From Calditrichia bacterium (lineage in GTDB: Bacteria; Calditrichota; Calditrichia; RBG-13-44-9; J075): 64,000 nt of DNA. The stretch covers positions 343,190-407,189 of the forward strand of contig JBOEGD010000001.1 in the NCBI GenBank assembly GCA_050633245.1, written 5' to 3'. Of this stretch, positions 57,747 through 64,000 are shown one piece after another. The position numbers and the translations under genes are program-made. Each line of letters starts with the position of its first letter. Position 1 is the stretch's first letter. The notes under the pieces were generated by a model. The model was not told the DNA's origin. It was given only the letters and a program-made list of their open reading frames with translations, and did no database searches.

Positions 57747-59228
57747 ATGAGTAAGAAAAGTATACGTGGTTATGGGCTGCTTCTGGTATTGTGTGGTGTT
57801 GTTATAGGATTGGTTCTCGCTTCGGGATTAGGTGTCTCCAATAATTTAGTTGCCTCCCCGGATGCCCCTGCTGCTCCAATGCCGAGTCCGGTTGAACCCT
57901 CGATGATGACAATGAGCAACGCATTTGCTGATGTGGCTGAGAAGGTAAATCCTGCAGTTGTAACGATCTCGACAGAAACTCTTCGAAAATCTCGTCAGGG
58001 AAATCCGTTTAGCGGGTCGCCTTTTGAGGACTTTTTTCGCAATATGGTGCCGAATCAGGATCAGCGTATGCAGGGGCTTGGCTCCGGTGTAATTGTGAAG
58101 AGCAGCGGTATTATTCTAACGAATAATCACGTGATAGATAAAGCAGACAACATTAAGGTTCGCCTGCTGGACGGTTCTGAATACGAAGCAGAGGTAAAGG
58201 GAACCGATCCGCGCACTGATCTGGCAGTTCTACAAATTAAGGCGTCTAATCTGCCATCTGTAGAGATTGGTAATTCTGACGCAATGAGAGTTGGTGAGTG
58301 GGTTATGGCAATTGGTTCTCCTCTGCAGGCTGAGTTTGCCAGTACCGTTACCGCAGGAATCGTCAGCGCGAAAGGAAGAACCGGCGTTGGGCTGACTGTT
58401 TATGAAGACTTTATTCAGACGGATGCTGCGATTAACCCCGGTAACAGCGGTGGCGCATTGGTCAATCTAAAAGGCGAGTTGATTGGAATTAATACTGCCA
58501 TTGCCAGCCGATCGGGTGGTAGTATCGGGATTGGTTTTGCCATTCCATCTAACCTTGCAAATAAGATTATGAACGATATTGTTGAGAAGGGCAAGGTCGT
58601 GCGTGGTTGGCTTGGTGTCGGTATTGGTGAAGTAACGCCGGGATTAGCTGAAATGTATGATCTGCCGAATGATGAAGGCGTTTTAATTAATCAGGTATTG
58701 CCAAATGGACCTGCAGAAAAAGCCGGTATGGAAGCTGGAGATTTAATCACAGCAATTAATGGTAAGCGCCTGAAGAACCCGACGGAGTTAACGACAAAAA
58801 TTGGTTCGACTGCACCGGGAACTGCTATGGAGTTTACGATCTATCGTGAAGGCGACAAGCGCACAATTAACGTGACTCTCGATGAGTATAAGGACGATGC
58901 ACAACCGTTGGCAAATGCGCAGTCTGATGATCGCGCCTACGATACCCTGGGTCTTGAGCTGCGCAGTGTTGATAACAATTTGCGACAGCGCTTCGGCTTA
59001 CGTCGGGGAGATCAGGGTGTTGTGATTACCTCTATTGAAGAAGGCAGTTCTGCCGAACGTGCCGGCCTACAGGTTGGTGATCTGATTCACCGACTCAATC
59101 GCAATTCAATCAACAGCCTAAATGACTTTATGGCAGTGATGAGTAAGCTGGAGCCGGGACAGACAGTCGCGATGTATTTAAAACGAGATGGACGCCGCCT
59201 GTTTACCAGCTTTGAACTACCTCGTTAA
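57747..59228 (+). CDS. degP: DegP/DegQ (Do) serine protease with two PDZ domains
   Basis: TNNHV, TDLAV, IQTDAAINPGNSGG and two PDZ domains. Confidence 0.93.
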   Translation: MSKKSIRGYGLLLVLCGVVIGLVLASGLGVSNNLVASPDAPAAPMPSPVEPSMMTMSNAFADVAEKVNPAVVTISTETLRKSRQGNPFSGSPFEDFFRNMVPNQDQRMQGLGSGVIVKSSGIILTNNHVIDKADNIKVRLLDGSEYEAEVKGTDPRTDLAVLQIKASNLPSVEIGNSDAMRVGEWVMAIGSPLQAEFASTVTAGIVSAKGRTGVGLTVYEDFIQTDAAINPGNSGGALVNLKGELIGINTAIASRSGGSIGIGFAIPSNLANKIMNDIVEKGKVVRGWLGVGIGEVTPGLAEMYDLPNDEGVLINQVLPNGPAEKAGMEAGDLITAINGKRLKNPTELTTKIGSTAPGTAMEFTIYREGDKRTINVTLDEYKDDAQPLANAQSDDRAYDTLGLELRSVDNNLRQRFGLRRGDQGVVITSIEEGSSAERAGLQVGDLIHRLNRNSINSLNDFMAVMSKLEPGQTVAMYLKRDGRRLFTSFELPR

Positions 59229-59240
59229 CCGATAGACTTC

Positions 59241-59277
59241 AGAAAGCGAATCGATGATTTTCGATTTGCTTTCTTTT
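59241..59277 (+). terminator. Rho-independent terminator
   Basis: AGAAAGCGAATCGA-loop-TCGATTTGCTTTCT followed by TTT. Confidence 0.7.
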
Positions 59278-59510
59278 CGCCTCTTTGCGTTAATTTTTTC
59301 ACAAAGTTATTTCTGTGTTGATAATTCTGCCTCTTTTTTATATATATGAAGAGCGCTATATCTTGTGTAGCGCTTCTTGCATATCCAGTCAAAAAATTAT
59401 CGCTGTAGTATTTTAACATATGCCACTCTGGTGCCGATACCTACAAAATGTGTATTGCCTAATATGATGTGGTACCAGCTATCGACTATTCTATTATTCT
59501 GGAGGATTCC

Positions 59511-60515
59511 ATGAGTGAATTCGTAATGACCTTAAATCGTCACCTTGTCGATCAGGAAAGATTGTATCCGGATGCCACTGGTGCATTTACTAATTTGCTC
59601 TCGGATATTGCCATTGGTGCAAAGCTGATTTCACATCAGGTGAATAAGGCCGGCCTGTTAGATATTATTGGCAATGTGGGAACAGAGAATGTCTTTGGAG
59701 AAGATCAGCAAAAGCTGGATGTTTATGCCGACGAAGTGATGATACGCGCTATGGCCTTCGGTGGAAATCTCTGTGCGATGGCTTCCGAAGAAAATGAAGA
59801 TTTCTTACCTATTCCAGACGATCGTCCAATGGGTAAATATATATGCTGCTTCGACCCGCTGGACGGTTCATCAAATATTGATGTCAATGTGAGTATCGGA
59901 ACTATTTTCTCTATTTTTCGACGTACCTCTGCCGATACAGGGCCGGTTTCGCTGGAAGAAGATATTCTACAGCCTGGTTACAGTCAAGTGTGCGCTGGTT
60001 ATGTGATATATGGTTCCAGCACAATGATGGTATATACAACCGGTGCCGGGGTGCATGGCTTTACGCTCGATCCCTCTTACGGTAGCTTTATTCTTTCACA
60101 TCCAAAAATGAAGGTTCCTGCTTCTGGTAAAATTTATAGTGCTAACGGTGCGAACTATAACATGTGGGATGAGGGAATGCGAAACTATATGCGATTCCTG
60201 CTAAACCCGAATCACAAAAAGTCCAGTCGATATATCGGCTCACTCGTAGCAGATTTCCATCGTAATTTGCTAAAGGGTGGGATTTTTATGTATCCCGGCG
60301 ATGTGAAGAATCCCAATGGCAAGCTGCGTCTGATGTATGAGGCAAACCCATTGGCCTTTATTATTGAGCAGGCTGGTGGTAGAGCCACCGATGGCAAGCG
60401 CCGCATTATGGATATCAAACCGCACGAACTTCATCAGCGTGTACCATTGTTTATCGGTAGCCCGGATGATGTAGACCTCGCCGAAGATTTTTTGACCGGT
60501 CGCCGGTCGTCATAA
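59511..60515 (+). CDS. fbp: Fructose-1,6-bisphosphatase class 1
   Basis: QQKLDV, ASEE, FDPLDGSSNIDVNVSIGTIF, RYIGSLVAD.HR and KLRLMYEANP. Confidence 0.96.
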   Translation: MSEFVMTLNRHLVDQERLYPDATGAFTNLLSDIAIGAKLISHQVNKAGLLDIIGNVGTENVFGEDQQKLDVYADEVMIRAMAFGGNLCAMASEENEDFLPIPDDRPMGKYICCFDPLDGSSNIDVNVSIGTIFSIFRRTSADTGPVSLEEDILQPGYSQVCAGYVIYGSSTMMVYTTGAGVHGFTLDPSYGSFILSHPKMKVPASGKIYSANGANYNMWDEGMRNYMRFLLNPNHKKSSRYIGSLVADFHRNLLKGGIFMYPGDVKNPNGKLRLMYEANPLAFIIEQAGGRATDGKRRIMDIKPHELHQRVPLFIGSPDDVDLAEDFLTGRRSS

Positions 60516-60524
60516 TACAAGTTA

Positions 60525-60556
60525 TTGTAGCGTCGCATAATTATGCGACGCTACAA
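60525..60556. repeat. Perfect 32-bp palindrome (GTAG-type REP-like or terminator)
   Basis: TTGTAGCGTCGCATAA|TTATGCGACGCTACAA. Confidence 0.8.
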
Positions 60557-60641
60557 ATGCCTTCCCCGATTGCTATTTCATTCAGTATATTACATCCGCC
60601 CAAAAAATTAATTTTTCTAATGCCCTAAGCCCGAGGTCGAG

Positions 60642-61556
60642 ATGCTAATCTTCCTTCAACCAGATCCCGCTGCACTTGAAAAGGTGCCAAGCTTTTTTCA
60701 GGACATCATTTTATTCAAACTTTTTGAAGTCAATCAAACGCCTGTTACGGTGCTGTCGTTGCTGCTGTTTACCGGCATGTTGCTGCTCTTTTATGTTGCC
60801 TCCCGTTTTTTTCGCCGCATTCTTCTTTCTAAAATCGTAGGCCGCGCAAATATTGATGAAGGCTTGCGCTCAAGCATTTCTCGTATTGTGCACTATGTTG
60901 TGATGATAATCGGCGTGCTGGTAGCCTTTCAATTTGTCGGAATCGATTTTAGCGGGCTGGCTGTCATATTTGGATTCCTGTCTGTTGGTATTGGTTTTGG
61001 ACTGCAAAATGTAACATCGAATTTTATTTCAGGACTTATTTTGCTTTTCGAGCGGCCCATTGCTGTTGGAGACAGAGTGACTGTGAATGACCTGGTTGGT
61101 GATGTGCTGGAGATTAATATCCGCTCTACAACCATTCGAACGCTGGACAATATCTCAATTATCGTTCCCAATAATGAATTTGTCTCCTCGACTGTTACGA
61201 ACTGGTCTCACGGAGATCCGCGTGTGCGCTTGAATATTAATGTTGGCGTTTCTTACAACTCCGATTTAGACGCTGTTATTAGAGCACTACAGGAGGTTGC
61301 GAAAGAAAACTCTCAGGTGCTCAAGACCCCGAAACCACAGGTTCACCTTCGTGAATTTGGCGATTCTTCCTGGAACATGCAGCTACGTGCCTGGCTTTCA
61401 GGACCTGAAAATTTTGAGCCGGTTCGCAATGAACTAAACTGTGCTATCGTTCGTAAATTCAAGGCCTTCGGAATTGAAATTCCTTTTCCACAACGAGATT
61501 TGCATTTACGCAGCGGTTTACAAGGCTTAACCTCTATTGCAAAAGAGCCTGCTTAG
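60642..61556 (+). CDS. Small-conductance mechanosensitive channel (MscS family)
   Basis: GIGFGLQN..SNFISG.ILLFERPI.VGD, IRST, IIVPN and IEIPFPQRD. Confidence 0.93.
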   Translation: MLIFLQPDPAALEKVPSFFQDIILFKLFEVNQTPVTVLSLLLFTGMLLLFYVASRFFRRILLSKIVGRANIDEGLRSSISRIVHYVVMIIGVLVAFQFVGIDFSGLAVIFGFLSVGIGFGLQNVTSNFISGLILLFERPIAVGDRVTVNDLVGDVLEINIRSTTIRTLDNISIIVPNNEFVSSTVTNWSHGDPRVRLNINVGVSYNSDLDAVIRALQEVAKENSQVLKTPKPQVHLREFGDSSWNMQLRAWLSGPENFEPVRNELNCAIVRKFKAFGIEIPFPQRDLHLRSGLQGLTSIAKEPA

Positions 61557-61650
61557 CAGCTTATGACAGAGAAAAGGGTTGATTTCAGCGGGGCTATTGG
61601 TTATTATTTTCCCTTGTATATTCTTGCGAAATCTCTGATGTGAAAAAGGA

Positions 61651-63048
61651 ATGGACATGGAAACCGTTAAAATAAAACAGATTTATCGCGATCCGAAAGC
61701 GTATATCGGCAAAAAGGTTTGTCTAAAAGGCTGGATTCGCACGTTGCGCTCATCAAAAGCATTTGGATTTATTGAATTAAACGATGGGTCTTTTTTCAAA
61801 GGTCTGCAGATCGTTTTTGATGAGAAGTTGGATAATTTCACTGAAATTGGCAAGTTTACCATTGCTTCTTCACTGATTGTTGAAGGCGAAATTGTGGAGT
61901 CTCAGGGAGCGAAACAGCCGTTTGAAATGCAGGCCACTTCTGTTGAACTGGTTGGCGCTGCGGATGCCGATTACCCGCTACAGAAAAAAAGACATAGCTT
62001 CGAATACTTACGCACGATTGCTCATTTGCGACCGCGAACAAATACCTATTCTGCCGTATTTCGCGTTCGTTCACTGTTATCCTATGCCATCCACCGCTTT
62101 TTTCAAGAGCAGGATTTCGTTTATACGCATACGCCAATTATTACGGGATCCGACACTGAAGGTGCCGGAGAGATGTTTCATGTAACTACAATGGATCTGG
62201 CAAATCCTTCCCGCACTGAAGACGGGGCAGTGGATTATAAGAAAGACTTTTTTAGCCGGGAGACCAATCTGACGGTTAGCGGACAGCTGGCCGTAGAAAC
62301 TCACTGCATGGCTTTTCGCAATGTATATACTTTTGGACCTACTTTTCGTGCCGAGAACTCGAACACAACACGCCATGCTTCAGAGTTTTGGATGATGGAA
62401 CCGGAGATTGCTTTTGCGGATCTTGCTGATAATATGGATCTGGCTGAAGCGATGATGCGCAATATATTCAGCTATGTTATGGAAAAGGCACCTGAGGAAA
62501 TGGAGTTCTTTAATCGTTTCATCGACAAGGGCTTACTCGAACGTTTAGATATTGTAGTCAACTCAGATTTCGGGCGGATTACGTACACCGAAGCCATCGA
62601 CCTGCTAAAGAAGGCAAAAAAATCCTTTGATTATCCGGTACAGTGGGGCACTGATTTACAAACAGAACACGAGCGCTATCTAACGGAAGAGGTGTTCAAA
62701 AAGCCGGTATTTGTAACAGACTATCCACGTGACATTAAAGCATTTTATATGCGCCAAAATGATGACAACAAGACTGTTGCAGCTATGGATCTTCTGGTAC
62801 CCGGTGTCGGCGAGATACTCGGTGGAAGCCAGCGGGAAGAGCGACTGGATGTATTAACAGCACGAATTAAGGAAATGAATCTGCCGGAAGAAGAATACTG
62901 GTGGTATCTGGATACGCGTCGTTATGGCACGGTGCCGCACGCCGGGTACGGACTTGGTTTCTCTCGCGCGGTGATGTATGTAACTGGCATGGAAAATATT
63001 CGCGACGTGATTCCATTCCCTAGAACACCACGTAATGCAGACTTTTAA
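61651..63048 (+). CDS. asnS: Asparagine--tRNA ligase
   Basis: [44 protein letters not shown] and PH.GYGLG. Confidence 0.97.
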   Translation: MDMETVKIKQIYRDPKAYIGKKVCLKGWIRTLRSSKAFGFIELNDGSFFKGLQIVFDEKLDNFTEIGKFTIASSLIVEGEIVESQGAKQPFEMQATSVELVGAADADYPLQKKRHSFEYLRTIAHLRPRTNTYSAVFRVRSLLSYAIHRFFQEQDFVYTHTPIITGSDTEGAGEMFHVTTMDLANPSRTEDGAVDYKKDFFSRETNLTVSGQLAVETHCMAFRNVYTFGPTFRAENSNTTRHASEFWMMEPEIAFADLADNMDLAEAMMRNIFSYVMEKAPEEMEFFNRFIDKGLLERLDIVVNSDFGRITYTEAIDLLKKAKKSFDYPVQWGTDLQTEHERYLTEEVFKKPVFVTDYPRDIKAFYMRQNDDNKTVAAMDLLVPGVGEILGGSQREERLDVLTARIKEMNLPEEEYWWYLDTRRYGTVPHAGYGLGFSRAVMYVTGMENIRDVIPFPRTPRNADF

Positions 63049-63060
63049 ATTAGACCTGTT

Positions 63061-63360
63061 ATGAAGAAGAAAAAAGAAGAAGTAGAGCCGGTAGCAGTAC
63101 TGATTCGCGTTCGTGGCCAAGTGCAGGGTGTTGGTTTTCGCTATTATACGATGGTTAAGGCGCGAAACTATGATCTTACCGGCTACGTCAAAAATCTATC
63201 CGATGGCACTGTTGAGGCATATGCTGAGGGAGATAAGGAAAAGCTGGAGAAATTGGTGCGCGATCTAACTCGCGGTCCGATTGGTTCTGAGGTTGAAGAT
63301 GTTGATACAGCCTGGCGAGAAGCCAAAGACCACCATGAAGAATTTAATATTGATTTCTGA
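63061..63360 (+). CDS. acyP: Acylphosphatase
   Basis: GQVQGVGFRY and GYVKNLSDGTVE. Confidence 0.95.
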   Translation: MKKKKEEVEPVAVLIRVRGQVQGVGFRYYTMVKARNYDLTGYVKNLSDGTVEAYAEGDKEKLEKLVRDLTRGPIGSEVEDVDTAWREAKDHHEEFNIDF

Positions 63361-63369
63361 TAAGCGGAG

Positions 63370-63900
63370 ATGGTTCTTATGTCCATGAGTAATTTTGAAG
63401 ATTTTGTGCGCAATATTCCTGACTTTCCCATTGAAGGGATCCAATATAAAGATATTTCAACGCTGATAAAAAATGGTGCCATGTTTGCCCCTGCATGCGA
63501 TGCCATGTACGAGCCGTTTAGCGATTCCGGTATTACAAGCGTGGTTGGAATTGAATCCCGTGGCTTTATTTTTGGTGCTGCTATTGCCTACAAGCTGAAT
63601 ATTGGATTTGTACCGGTTCGCAAACCGGGTAAACTACCGGCCGAAACACTGGTTGAAGAATATGCTTTGGAATACGGAACCGATAGTCTTGAAATTCACC
63701 TCGATGCCTTGAAGCAGGATGATGATGTGTTGCTTGTCGATGATGTGCTGGCAACCGGGGGAACCGCAGCCGCCGCCTGTAAATTGGTTGAGCGTCTTGG
63801 TTGTAAGATTGTGGGTGTATCCTTCCTTATTGAACTGGGTTTCTTAAATGGTCGCGATAAATTGGGTGACTATCCGATAAAATCGCTAATTACGTATTGA
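63370..63900 (+). CDS. apt: Adenine phosphoribosyltransferase
   Basis: IPDFP..GI.YKDI, ESRGF, RKPGKLP, LEYG and VDDVLATGGT. The start may be 63385. Confidence 0.96.
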   Translation: MVLMSMSNFEDFVRNIPDFPIEGIQYKDISTLIKNGAMFAPACDAMYEPFSDSGITSVVGIESRGFIFGAAIAYKLNIGFVPVRKPGKLPAETLVEEYALEYGTDSLEIHLDALKQDDDVLLVDDVLATGGTAAAACKLVERLGCKIVGVSFLIELGFLNGRDKLGDYPIKSLITY

Positions 63901-63908
63901 TTTGATAC

Positions 63909-63998
63909 GTTAAAAGCGCTGGTAATGAACCCGTGCAACCATTCCTGTAAATCCTTTTCATCCATGTTAAAAGCGCGGGTAATGAACCCGCGCAACCA
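63909..63998. repeat. Two 33-bp hairpin direct repeats, period 57 (possibly continuing beyond the window)
   Basis: GTTAAAAGCGCTGGTAATGAACCCGTGCAACCA at 63909 and GTTAAAAGCGCGGGTAATGAACCCGCGCAACCA at 63966, separated by a 24-nt spacer. Confidence 0.8.
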
Positions 63999-64000
63999 AT

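Noticed and set aside
63909-63998. Formal CRISPR call
   Set aside because: Only two repeats are visible, the spacer is short and there are no cas genes. Kept as a repeat and a finding.

Overview
A ~45% GC bacterial chromosome segment. Three secreted proteins carry the 'QNYPNPFN...' FlgD-Ig/T9SS-type C-terminal tag, which suggests a Calditrichota/KSB1-like FCB-group lineage (inference). The first ~45 kb is a patchwork of accessory loci. These include a partial fused L-serine dehydratase not in the ORF track, a GH109-SSS-GHMP kinase-nucleotidyltransferase sugar-salvage set, a duplicated beta-helix exoprotein, tRNA-Arg(CCT), a Tat plus CTD intradiol dioxygenase and BlaI/BlaR1. They also include a SufR-like/ribA/DUF2231 operon with its operator, an orphan sugar-acid enzyme cluster, a PecS-type MarR and an amt remnant. 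The last ~18 kb is housekeeping (relA/spoT, greA, pspC, NtrC-type regulator, clpB, degP, fbp, mscS, asnS, acyP, apt). No integrase, transposase, cas gene or rRNA is visible. The best candidates for undescribed biology are (i) the SufR-like-controlled ribA plus His-containing membrane protein operon, (ii) two unannotated highly structured intergenic RNA candidates (17.9 kb and 51.6 kb), (iii) the secreted intradiol dioxygenase, (iv) the orphan sugar-acid cluster and (v) a hairpin repeat array starting at the window end. All calls were made by eye from motifs, with no database searches.
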